DNA from: Deltaproteobacteria bacterium
Lineage (GTDB): Bacteria; Myxococcota_A; UBA796; JAFGLY01
DNA length: 64,000 nucleotides
Reading direction: 5' to 3'
Assembly: GCA_041309225.1 (NCBI GenBank)
Contig: JBFYZZ010000152.1
Span: forward strand, 6,121 to 70,120
How positions within the stretch are numbered: position 1 is the first letter of the stretch; every line of letters starts with the position of its first letter. The translations under genes were made by a program, and so were the position numbers. Of the stretch, positions 31,119 to 39,188 are shown piece after piece. The notes beneath the pieces are model-generated. The model saw only the letters and a program-made list of their open reading frames with translations, searched no databases and was not told where the DNA came from.

Positions 31119-32276
31119 TTAGAAGTACAGCCGGGTCTGGAGGTACCCGATCACGGGGACGAGCCCGAACTCGGAGCGGGGCTCGACGCCGACCGGCCGC
31201 TTCCCGGCACCCGCGAACACGCCCGCGGCGAGGTCGGCATCGACCGCCGCCGACCAGGTGAGCGTGGCGCCGAGGAGGGCGCTCGGATCCAGGACGTTGA
31301 CGACGGCGAGGGCGCTCGCGCCGACCAGGGGCGTCACCTCCTGGGCCACCGAGAGGCCCGCGTAGGCGTGGCCGTAGAGCCACAGGTCGCCCCGGGTCCA
31401 TCTCTCGTCGGTGGCCAGTGCGAAGTACGCCTCGGCCTCGGCCTCCCCGAAGGTCTGGCCGTAGAGTTCGCCGGTGACCGTGGTGGTGTCGGTGGGCCGC
31501 CAGAGTGCACCGGCCACGCCACGGACCTCGGAACCGTCGTCGGTGAGCGTCACCGCCAGGTCGCCGTAGAGGCCCACCGGCCCGGCGGCGCCCGACACCG
31601 AGGCTCCCAGGACGGGCTCGTGGTACAGCAGGCCCGCGAACAGCGCGAGGTCCGTGCCCAGGAGCGTGGTCCGGCCGTCGACGACGACCGCGCTCTCCTC
31701 GAGACGCCAGTCGCCCAGGTATGCCCCGAGCACGGTCACCTGGGTGGACGTGCCGGCGTAGGCGTCCACGCGGACGGCGTCGACGCCGGGCTTGTACTCC
31801 GTGTCGAGGGTGGTGGGCGTGAAGGGGGCCACGAGGTCGAGCGGCGTGAAGAGCCTCCCCTCGCCGAAGGAGACGGGCTGGCGTCCCACCGCCGCCTCGA
31901 GGCCGGAGCGCACGATCGTGACGGCCGCCCGGTCCACCCGGAGTCGGGCCTCGAGATCGGCGCCCTCCTCGAGATCCCAGGTGAGCGGGAGCGCCTCGGG
32001 CGCCTCGACCCCCGTTCCGGTGTCGATCCCGCCGAGGCCCCGGAATGCGCCCGAGCCGGCGGTGATCTCAGGGTGGACGTCCACCCGGAGCCACTCGCCC
32101 TCGCGGAGCGCGAGCGCGAGGCGACCCGACACGGTGGTCAGCGTGAAGGGATCCGCGGGCAGGAAGGCCCACTCGTAGGGCCAGCCCGCGATGACGAAGC
32201 TCTTGACGTGCCCGCTGGCGTCCAGGGTGGCGCCGCGGGCCGCGGCGAGCGCGAGGAGCAGGGCCGGTGCCCCCAT
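31119..32276 (-). CDS. outer-membrane beta-barrel protein, last gene of the exporter operon
   Basis: 385 aa. Signal peptide MGAPALLLALAAARGA. Long run of alternating strands. C-terminal ..VIGYLQTRLYF (aromatic OMP terminus). Confidence 0.7.
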   Translation of the reverse strand: MGAPALLLALAAARGATLDASGHVKSFVIAGWPYEWAFLPADPFTLTTVSGRLALALREGEWLRVDVHPEITAGSGAFRGLGGIDTGTGVEAPEALPLTWDLEEGADLEARLRVDRAAVTIVRSGLEAAVGRQPVSFGEGRLFTPLDLVAPFTPTTLDTEYKPGVDAVRVDAYAGTSTQVTVLGAYLGDWRLEESAVVVDGRTTLLGTDLALFAGLLYHEPVLGASVSGAAGPVGLYGDLAVTLTDDGSEVRGVAGALWRPTDTTTVTGELYGQTFGEAEAEAYFALATDERWTRGDLWLYGHAYAGLSVAQEVTPLVGASALAVVNVLDPSALLGATLTWSAAVDADLAAGVFAGAGKRPVGVEPRSEFGLVPVIGYLQTRLYF

Positions 32277-32285
32277 CGACCCGGC

Positions 32286-33053
32286 CTACCGCTTCAGGGC
32301 CTGCAGGGTGAACGTGGACTCCGGGAGCGGCACGTCGAACTCGATCCGGTCGTACACGACCTCGGTGAACTCACCGGGATCGTCGGCCGGCACGAGGCGC
32401 ATGCGCGCCGGGATCCGGCGGCCCCCGACCGCGCGCACGTCGTCGAACGTCATGGTGCGCTTGAGCGCTCCCTTCTCGTCCCAGTAGGTGATCTCCACCG
32501 GCAGCTCGTCGGTGGCGCTGATCCTCACCACGATCCGCCCCCAGACCACCGCGGCGTCGGGCTTGGGGATGCAGTCGATCACCCATTCCTTCCCGGGATT
32601 CTGCTCGGGCCTGGACGTGATGGTGTACGTGAAGTCCTCGGCCATCCGAGAGTCCTTCACCAGGTCGTCGTTCGTGAAGTGGCTGCCCATCCATGCACCC
32701 GAGCGCATGGAGGCCGGCACCTTCATGGTGCGGTCCACCTTGGGCAGGTAGTTCCAGACGTCCTCGCCGACCTTGAGCGTCGCCATGCCCGCCTCCTTGG
32801 CGGGAGCCCGGATCACGACGAGGAAGCGATCCTCGCCCTGGGACCAGGACTCCATGGTGAGGCTGCGGTCGTAGCGGTCGGTCTTGACGTGCATCGTCAG
32901 GGTGCCGTGGCTGGACGCGCCGCGGTGGAGGTCGTCGGTGCGGTCGAGCAGCGCCCGCGCGAGGGCCTCGTCGGAGCCCGCGGCGCGCACCGGGCCGGCG
33001 GAGAGGAGCCCCAGGACGAGGGCGAGGGCGGCGAACAGGCGGGAGGGGCTCAT
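32286..33053 (-). CDS. outer-membrane lipoprotein-sorting protein (LolA-like fold)
   Basis: 255 aa with a signal peptide. The core ATLKVGEDVWNYLPKVDRTMKVPASMRSGAWMGSHFTNDDLVKDSRMAEDFTY matches my memory of the LolA-like sorting-protein family. Its start overlaps the ATPase stop (ATGA). Confidence 0.8.
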   Translation of the reverse strand: MSPSRLFAALALVLGLLSAGPVRAAGSDEALARALLDRTDDLHRGASSHGTLTMHVKTDRYDRSLTMESWSQGEDRFLVVIRAPAKEAGMATLKVGEDVWNYLPKVDRTMKVPASMRSGAWMGSHFTNDDLVKDSRMAEDFTYTITSRPEQNPGKEWVIDCIPKPDAAVVWGRIVVRISATDELPVEITYWDEKGALKRTMTFDDVRAVGGRRIPARMRLVPADDPGEFTEVVYDRIEFDVPLPESTFTLQALKR

Positions 33054-33751
33054 GCCTCGGCCTCCTTGGTCTCGTCGGCAGCCACCCGGCCGTCCACCAG
33101 GCGGATCAGCCGGTGCGCGTGGGCCATGACACGGGGATCGTGGGTGGAGAAGACGAAGGTCACGCCCTGATCCCGGTTGAGGCGGGCCATCAGGTCGAGC
33201 AGGCGCTCGGCCGTCTCGGAGTCGACGTTGGCGGTGGGCTCGTCGGCGAGCACCACGGCGGGGCTCGAGGCGATGGCGCGGGCGATGGCCACGCGTTGCT
33301 GCTGGCCCCCCGACATCTGGTTGGGCCGCCGGTCCTCCAGCCCCTCCAACCCGACCTCGGCCAGGAGGGCCCGGACCCTGCGGCGGCGCTCGGCGCCGGG
33401 GACACCCTGCAGGACCAGCACCGACTCGGCGTTCTCCAGCGCGGAGAGCACCGGGATGAGGTTGTAGGCCTGGAACACGAACCCGATGCGGTCACGGCGC
33501 AGGCGCGCGAGCTCCCGCCGGGACAACCGGCCGAGGTCCTGGCCCTCCAGCCGGATCGTGCCTGAGGAGGGGCGGTCGAGGGCGCCGATGAGGTTGAGGG
33601 CGGTGGTCTTGCCCGAACCCGAGGGGCCGCAGATGGCCACGAACTCGCCCTTCTCGATGCGGAGATCGAGCCCGCGCAGGGCGGGCACGCTCACGGAGCC
33701 CTGCCGGTAGACCTTGGTCACGCCCGTGCACTCGACGATGGGTACGCTCAT
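33050..33751 (-). CDS. ABC transporter ATP-binding protein (LolD/MacB-type)
   Basis: 233 aa. Walker A GPSGSGKTT, Q-loop, signature MSGGQQQRVAIARA, Walker B VVLADEPT. Confidence 0.93.
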   Translation of the reverse strand: MSVPIVECTGVTKVYRQGSVSVPALRGLDLRIEKGEFVAICGPSGSGKTTALNLIGALDRPSSGTIRLEGQDLGRLSRRELARLRRDRIGFVFQAYNLIPVLSALENAESVLVLQGVPGAERRRRVRALLAEVGLEGLEDRRPNQMSGGQQQRVAIARAIASSPAVVLADEPTANVDSETAERLLDLMARLNRDQGVTFVFSTHDPRVMAHAHRLIRLVDGRVAADETKEAEA

Positions 33752-33752
33752 C

Positions 33753-35009
33753 TCACACCACCTTGATGGACTCGACGGGTTCGATGCGGCCGACCTTCCA
33801 GGCGGGGTACAGGCCGGCCGCGAGCGTGGCGAGGAGGATGGCCAGTGCGATGAACACGGCGTGCTCGGGGAAGATGCCGATGCGCATGATCGGATCGAAG
33901 CCCACGCCGGCGATGTCGATCGCCTGCCCTTCCTGGCTGAAGGCCCCGGACAGGTCGATGCCGTGCCTGGCCAGGGGGAGGTACACCGGAAGCGTGAGGA
34001 GTACGCCCGTCACCATGCCCAGCACCGCGAGCCACGCGCTCTCCCACATCACGAGGCGGAAGAGCTGGCCCGCCGAGTAGCCGAGGGCCCGCATGATCCC
34101 GAACTCGCGGACCCGTTCCATCACCGAGACGAACAACGTGTTGAAGATGCCGGCACACACGAGGATCGCGACGATCACGGCCATGACACGGCCACCACCC
34201 ACCTTCATCGCGATGAAGGAGCGGATCTCCGGGAGCACCTTGTCCCAGGTCAGGACCACGGCGTCCGGCACGAGAGGGGCGAGGCGCTCCGCGACGGCGT
34301 CGCTCCGGCGTGAGTCCGAGAGGAATACCGCCACCTGGGTGGCCTCGGTGGGGTCGTAGCCGAGGACATGCCGGACCGTGCCGAGGGGCAGGAGGGCCAT
34401 GCCCACGTCCAGGCTCGGGGTGTGGGTGGTGACGATGCCCGTGAGGCGCTCCATGCCGGCCACGATCTCGCCATGGCGATCGGTGAGCGTGAAGACGACC
34501 TTGTCGCCGAGCTCGGCGCCCAGGTTGCGGGCCAGCGTGCTCCCGAGCACGATCCCCCTCGCGTCGGCGGAGGGCAACATCTCTCCCGCCACGATCGCGT
34601 CCCGGAAGCGCATCGTCTGCTCGGTCTCGGCGGCCGGGTCGAAGGCGATGAACAGGGCGCCGAAGCTGTCGTCGGAGGTGGACAGCATCGTCATGCCCGA
34701 GGTCCGGTCCACGGCCGTGGACACCCGGCGGTCCGCCTTGGCCGCGGCCCGCTTGTCGTCGGTGGCCCGGACGGTGTGGGTCAGGGTGGGGCTGTCGGCG
34801 TACTCCGGGTGCTGGACCGTGACGTGGCCCGAACCCAACCGCGCCGCGGTGTCGATGAAGTCCGAGAACGAGCGATCCTGGGTCGCCGTCATGATCACGG
34901 CGAAGAAGGAGCCGAAGCCGATGGCCACGAGCGTCAGCGCCGTGCGCATCCGGTGCCGCCACAGGTTGCGCCACGCCATCCGGTACAGCGCGGGTCCGGT
35001 CATGGGCAC
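33753..35009 (-). CDS. ABC transporter permease, FtsX/MacB-LolCE family
   Basis: 418 aa. N-terminus: YRMAWRNLWRHRMRTALTLVAIGFGSF. Large periplasmic loop. C-terminal FtsX segment: REFGIMRALGYSAGQLFRLVMWES. Confidence 0.88.
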   Translation of the reverse strand: MPMTGPALYRMAWRNLWRHRMRTALTLVAIGFGSFFAVIMTATQDRSFSDFIDTAARLGSGHVTVQHPEYADSPTLTHTVRATDDKRAAAKADRRVSTAVDRTSGMTMLSTSDDSFGALFIAFDPAAETEQTMRFRDAIVAGEMLPSADARGIVLGSTLARNLGAELGDKVVFTLTDRHGEIVAGMERLTGIVTTHTPSLDVGMALLPLGTVRHVLGYDPTEATQVAVFLSDSRRSDAVAERLAPLVPDAVVLTWDKVLPEIRSFIAMKVGGGRVMAVIVAILVCAGIFNTLFVSVMERVREFGIMRALGYSAGQLFRLVMWESAWLAVLGMVTGVLLTLPVYLPLARHGIDLSGAFSQEGQAIDIAGVGFDPIMRIGIFPEHAVFIALAILLATLAAGLYPAWKVGRIEPVESIKVV

Positions 35010-35016
35010 CTCCTTC

Positions 35017-36240
35017 CTACCGTTGGTTCCGCATGGCTTCGACGGGCTGGATGCGGGCAGCCTTGAGCGCCGGGTAGAGCACCGCGAGGACCACGATCAC
35101 GAGGAGCAGGACCACCGGCAGGCTCAGGCCTTCGACGGTGTAGATCCCCTTCCATACGGGCCGCATGACCACCCCCATCATGTCGATCCCTCCGACGCTC
35201 CCCATGTCGATGCCGTGGGTGGATATGAACCACGTCGTGGGAAGGGCGATCAGGCCTCCGGCCACCACGGCCACGGCCGCCTGGAGCAGGCTCTCCACCA
35301 GGATGAGCGCGAACACCCGGAAGGGGCCGGCGCCGAGGGCCTTCAACACCCCGAACTCACGGATCCGCTCGAAGACGGCCATGAGCATGGCGTTGAGCAC
35401 CAGGATGGCCACCGCGAGGTAGATGATCACGTAGATGACGCTCATGAAGACCTGGGTGGAGTCGAGCATCTGGCCCACCACGGGCTGGATCTCGCGCCAG
35501 GTCATCACCCGTGCACCGTCTCCGGCCACGCCCGCCACCGCCGCCTTGGCCGTGTCGAGCAGCACCTCCGGCGGCCGGCGCACGACGATCTCGTGGGCTC
35601 CGAGGGGCAGGACCATGAGCTCCCGGAAGCTGTCGGCGAGCAGGAAGACGGTGCCCCGGTCGGTACCCGCCGCCACGCTGCCGAGCACGCCCCGGACGGT
35701 GTAGAGGTCGTTGCACATGCTGCCGTCGGTTCCCTGGGAGAGCACCACCAGCTCCCCGCCCACACCCACCGACAGGGCCCGGGCGAGCCCCTGGCCGATC
35801 ACGACACCCTTGGGATCGGCCGGATCGAGCCACGCGCCGCCCGGCTTCACGTGCTGGGCGAGGCGGGTGATCCGAGCCTCCCGCACCGGATCGAGGCCGC
35901 GGAGCGTGATCCCGGAGGAGAACTCGGCGGAGGCGGCGAGGCCTCCTCCGAGGAGCCGGGGTGCAGCCGGGTACCCCAAACCTTCGATCCTCTCGAGGAT
36001 CGCATCGGCGTCGGGCAGGACCTCGTGGAGCGACGGGCGCTCCAGGTATGTGGGGGTGTGGACCTGGAGATCGCCGGTCTCCAACTGGACGAAATCGTCC
36101 TGCATGTTCTGGAGCATGCCGGTGACCAGTCCCGAGTAGTTGAGCTCCACCCAGAGCGCGAGGCCCATGGCGGCGACGGTGACCCACGTGCGGCGCTGGT
36201 TCCGCCAGATGTTGCGCCACGCCATGACGATCAGGTTCAT
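35017..36240 (-). CDS. ABC transporter permease, FtsX/MacB-LolCE family (paralog)
   Basis: 407 aa. N-terminus: MAWRNIWRNQRRTWVTVAAMGLAL. FtsX segment: REFGVLKALGAGPFRVFALILVES. Its start overlaps the tetR stop (ATGA). Confidence 0.88.
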   Translation of the reverse strand: MNLIVMAWRNIWRNQRRTWVTVAAMGLALWVELNYSGLVTGMLQNMQDDFVQLETGDLQVHTPTYLERPSLHEVLPDADAILERIEGLGYPAAPRLLGGGLAASAEFSSGITLRGLDPVREARITRLAQHVKPGGAWLDPADPKGVVIGQGLARALSVGVGGELVVLSQGTDGSMCNDLYTVRGVLGSVAAGTDRGTVFLLADSFRELMVLPLGAHEIVVRRPPEVLLDTAKAAVAGVAGDGARVMTWREIQPVVGQMLDSTQVFMSVIYVIIYLAVAILVLNAMLMAVFERIREFGVLKALGAGPFRVFALILVESLLQAAVAVVAGGLIALPTTWFISTHGIDMGSVGGIDMMGVVMRPVWKGIYTVEGLSLPVVLLLVIVVLAVLYPALKAARIQPVEAMRNQR

Positions 36241-36926
36241 GGGGCCTCCGGGGCGAACCAGGGGAGAAGCGTGTCGTCGGAGACGAGTAACAGGGAACCC
36301 GGACGGGCGCCGAGCACGCGGCAGAGGGCCTCGTCGTGGGCTGCGCAGGCGGCGCGGAGCTCGGCCAGCACCCCGGCGCCCCGATCCCCGGCCACGGCGC
36401 GGCGAGCGAGGAGCTCCGACACGGACATGCCGATGCGCGCCACGATGCGCGCCGCGGTGGCGGGATCGGAGACGGAGAACGCTCCCTCGGTCACCCCCTG
36501 CTCCACGACCTGGGCGACCAGGGGCTCCGTGGCGGCGAGGTTGGCACCCATGAGGCGGGCCAGGAGCCCGGCGTTGGCCGGGTCGTACAGGACGCGGCCC
36601 AGGTCGACCAGGAGCTCCCGCCGGTCGGACTTCCAGGTGCCGGCCCGGGCGAAGAGGGTGTTCAACTTGTCGACGGCGCCGAGCGCGGGATCCTCCACGA
36701 CCGGCCGGAGGGACTCCCTGCCCTCCTCGCGGAGGCGATCCACCAGGGCGCCGAGCAGCGCTTCCTTGGAGCGGTAATGGTGGTAGAAGGTGCCCTTGGC
36801 GATCCCCACCGCGTCGATGACGGACTGGACGGGCGTGCGCGCGTAGCCCCGCGTCATGAAGAGACGCCGGGCGGCGTCGAGGATCTCGTCGTGACGGACC
36901 CGGGCGGGCTTGGTGGTACGAGGCAT
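36237..36926 (-). CDS. TetR/AcrR family transcriptional regulator, first gene of the exporter operon
   Basis: ORF 36237..36998 trimmed to ATG 36926. HTH region: ILDAARRLFMTRGYARTPVQSVIDAVGIAKGTFYHHYRSKEALL. Confidence 0.88.
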   Translation of the reverse strand: MPRTTKPARVRHDEILDAARRLFMTRGYARTPVQSVIDAVGIAKGTFYHHYRSKEALLGALVDRLREEGRESLRPVVEDPALGAVDKLNTLFARAGTWKSDRRELLVDLGRVLYDPANAGLLARLMGANLAATEPLVAQVVEQGVTEGAFSVSDPATAARIVARIGMSVSELLARRAVAGDRGAGVLAELRAACAAHDEALCRVLGARPGSLLLVSDDTLLPWFAPEAP

Positions 36927-36943
36927 GGGCGGGACATTCTTAC

Positions 36944-36960
36944 CGACCGACGGTCGGTCG
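36944..36960. promoter_or_regulatory. putative TetR operator, perfect 8-1-8 palindrome
   Basis: cgaccgac-g-gtcggtcg lies 18-34 nt upstream of the tetR ATG. It is about 55 nt upstream of the -35 element of the divergent spike-gene promoter. Confidence 0.45.
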
Positions 36961-37014
36961 TTCGGCTTACGATTACCTGGAACGCCAGACACCGTCAAGC
37001 GGGTCCGGCGCCGA

Positions 37015-37044
37015 TTGACCCCCGCGGCGGGCGCCCGCTATACT
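37015..37044 (+). promoter_or_regulatory. near-consensus sigma-70 promoter for the spike-like genes
   Basis: TTGACC-18 nt-TATACT, followed by GAGGAGG (37061-37067) and GTG 37073. Confidence 0.5.
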
Positions 37045-37072
37045 CGACCGGTCTCTGGTTGAGGAGGTCGCC

Positions 37073-37729
37073 GTGCCCAAGGTCACCGACAGGCTCGGCC
37101 GTCCGGTGTCCGGCCAGATGCCCGGGCTCGTGGAGGCCCTCGTCACGGACAACCAGGACGAGGACAGCCTCGGGCGGGTGAAGGTCAAGTTCCCCACGCT
37201 GCCCGACATGCCCGAGTCCTACTGGGCGCGTCTCGTGATGCCCATGGCCGGCGCGAAGCGGGGGTGGATGACCATCCCCGAGGTCGAGGACGAGGTCCTC
37301 GTCGCGTTCGTCCACGGTGACGTCAACCACGCCATCGTCCTCGGCTCGCTGTGGAACGGCCAGGACACACCGCCTTACGCCAACGAGGACGGCGACAACA
37401 ACCTCCGCGTGTTCCAGTCCCGCTCGGGCCACCGGCTGACCTTCGACGACACCTCCGGATCGGAGCGGATCGAGCTCGTCACCAAGGACGAGAAGATCCG
37501 CATCGTGCTCGATGCGTCAGGTGAGACCCTCTCCGTCTACGCGGACAAGGACATCATCGTCGAGGCCGGGGGCTCGATCACCCTCAAGTGCACGGACCTC
37601 AAGCTCGAGGCCTCCAGCAGCGTCTCCATGAAGGCCTCGAGCGAGCTCAAGGCGGAGGCATCCTCAGCCCTGACGGTCCAGGCCAGCGGCACCCTCACGG
37701 TCAAGGGCGCCACCGTCAACGTCAACTAG
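37073..37729 (+). CDS. phage baseplate protein V / VgrG gp5-like spike protein (OB fold plus beta-helix), paralog 1
   Basis: 218 aa. LVEALVTDNQDEDSLGRVKVKFPTL..SYWARLVMPMAGAKRGWMTIPEVEDEVLVAFVHGD..AIVLGSLWN matches the gp5/gpV OB-fold signature. It is followed by SRSGHRLTFDDTSGSERIELV and repetitive beta-strand triplets ending TVKGATVNVN. Confidence 0.85.
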   Translation: MPKVTDRLGRPVSGQMPGLVEALVTDNQDEDSLGRVKVKFPTLPDMPESYWARLVMPMAGAKRGWMTIPEVEDEVLVAFVHGDVNHAIVLGSLWNGQDTPPYANEDGDNNLRVFQSRSGHRLTFDDTSGSERIELVTKDEKIRIVLDASGETLSVYADKDIIVEAGGSITLKCTDLKLEASSSVSMKASSELKAEASSALTVQASGTLTVKGATVNVN

Positions 37730-37737
37730 GGGTCATC

Positions 37738-38430
37738 ATGGTCCACGGTGTGGTGGTCGGCATCGTCACCGACAACAAGGACCCGGCCAACTTCGGCCGG
37801 ATCAAGGTCCGATTCCCGGTGGACAGCGACACGGACGTGGAGTCGGACTGGGTCCGCCGGATCTCGCCCATGGCCGGGAAGGACCGGGGACTCGCGATGA
37901 TCCCCGACATCGGCACCGAGGTGATCCTCGGGTTCGCCTACGAGACGCTCACCCCCTACGTCCTCGGATCGGTCTACAACGGCGGGGACGACACGCCGGA
38001 TCCGTACAAGAACGAGGACGGGCACGACGACCACCGGCGCTTCTGGTCGCGCGCGTCGCACCGCGTGGACTTCGACGACACCCAGGGCGCCGAGAAGGTC
38101 ACGATCGAAGCCACCTCGGAGAGCCAGGCCGTCACGGCCGAGCTCGACGCGAAGGAGGGCACGCTCACGGCCAAGGCCAAGGGGGACGTCACCCTCGAGG
38201 CCGGCGGCAGCCTCACGTTCAAGTGCCAGGAGCTCACGATCGAGGCCGGCGGCGCGGTCTCGCTCAAAGCCAGCGGGGAGGCGGTGTACGACTCCGGGGG
38301 CGGCGCCACCTGGCAGGCCACGGGGGCCGCCGCCCTCAAGGGGAGCATGGTCAACATGAACACCGGCGGCGGCGGCAGCGCCCAGGCCCCGCCTCCCACC
38401 CCCGAGCACAAGCACCCCCCGGTGACGTAG
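37738..38430 (+). CDS. phage baseplate protein V / VgrG gp5-like spike protein, paralog 2
   Basis: ORF 37588..38430 trimmed to ATG 37738, giving 230 aa. VVVGIVTDNKDPANFGRIKVRFPV..DWVRRISPMAGKDRGLAMIPDIGTEVILGF..YVLGSVYN, then SRASHRVDFDDTQGAEKVTIE and a beta-helix-like repeat. It has a Gly/Pro tail. By eye it is roughly 35-40% identical to paralog 1. Confidence 0.85.
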   Translation: MVHGVVVGIVTDNKDPANFGRIKVRFPVDSDTDVESDWVRRISPMAGKDRGLAMIPDIGTEVILGFAYETLTPYVLGSVYNGGDDTPDPYKNEDGHDDHRRFWSRASHRVDFDDTQGAEKVTIEATSESQAVTAELDAKEGTLTAKAKGDVTLEAGGSLTFKCQELTIEAGGAVSLKASGEAVYDSGGGATWQATGAAALKGSMVNMNTGGGGSAQAPPPTPEHKHPPVT

Positions 38431-38496
38431 GCGCCTCCTCGCAGGGAGCGCGACGCCCGGCTACCCCTGCGGGTGACCTCGGGAGCGAGGTGCGGC

Positions 38497-39150
38497 ATGC
38501 CCGACCCCAAGCAGAGCGATCTCCTCCTCGCCCGCGTCCGGGACGGCCTCAAGCGGCGGGGTTGGACCACCGCCGTCCTGGCCTCCAGGGTGGGGATGGA
38601 GCGCGGTCGGCTGAGGCGGATCCTGGCAGGGCGCGAGCCGCTCACGGTGGACGAGTTCGGTGCCATCGTGGAGGCGATGGCGCTGACGCCCGAGGAGATG
38701 GGCCTGCCGGCGGGGCTGGCTGCGGGGGAGGCGGCCGGGTCCGCGCCCGAGCCGCCGGACGCCCCGGCGCCGGACGCCCCCTGGGTGCCCGATCCCGACG
38801 GCATCCAGGCCGAGCAGTGCCTCCGCCTGGGCTTCACGTGCGGCATCGATCTGCTGTTCCACGCCCGGACCGCGGAGCTCGAGGGCAGCGGGGTCCCCCG
38901 GGCGATCCTGGCCCGCTTCCCAGAGCGGGTGCCGATCCGTCTCGACGCGGCCTACCATCCCCACAACCGGCCCCGGTACCTGCCCGAGGGCCTGGAGCTC
39001 CGCCTGTCCTTTGACGGCGTGGCCACGTGCCTGTTCCCCTGGTCCTCCATCGAGCAGGTGGTCTTCCTCGTCGAGCGTCCGGAGCCCGCCGTGGAGCCGG
39101 AGCCCCCGGCGCCGGGCGGCCCGCCGAGACTCAGACTGGTGACGTCCTGA
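38497..39150 (+). CDS. HTH (XRE-like) domain fused to an SspB-like ClpXP adaptor domain with an XB-like tail
   Basis: ORF 38473..39150 trimmed to ATG 38497 (GAGG upstream). N-terminal HTH: GWTTAVLASRVGMERGRLRRILAGREPLTVDEF. A Pro/Ala linker follows. The C-terminal domain IDLLFHARTAELEGSGVPRAILARFPERVPIRLDAAY..GLELRLSFDGVATCLFPWSSIEQVVF aligns by eye to E. coli SspB (PHLVVDVTLPGVQVP..IVLNIAPRAV..VRFNARFGGIP..VPLAAVLAIYA). The tail GGPPRLRLVTS compares with SspB GGRPALRVVK. Confidence 0.65.
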   Translation: MPDPKQSDLLLARVRDGLKRRGWTTAVLASRVGMERGRLRRILAGREPLTVDEFGAIVEAMALTPEEMGLPAGLAAGEAAGSAPEPPDAPAPDAPWVPDPDGIQAEQCLRLGFTCGIDLLFHARTAELEGSGVPRAILARFPERVPIRLDAAYHPHNRPRYLPEGLELRLSFDGVATCLFPWSSIEQVVFLVERPEPAVEPEPPAPGGPPRLRLVTS

Positions 39151-39188
39151 CCGGCGGCCCGGGCAGGACACGGGAGGGGCGTGACCGG

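Noticed and set aside
37073-38430. Calling the spike-like pair a prophage, T6SS or eCIS locus
   Set aside because: There is no sheath, tube, baseplate wedge, gp27-like hub, PAAR, tape measure, integrase or att-like repeat in the surrounding ~25 kb. Codon usage is host-like. The pair is therefore reported as orphan genes, not as a mobile element or secretion system.
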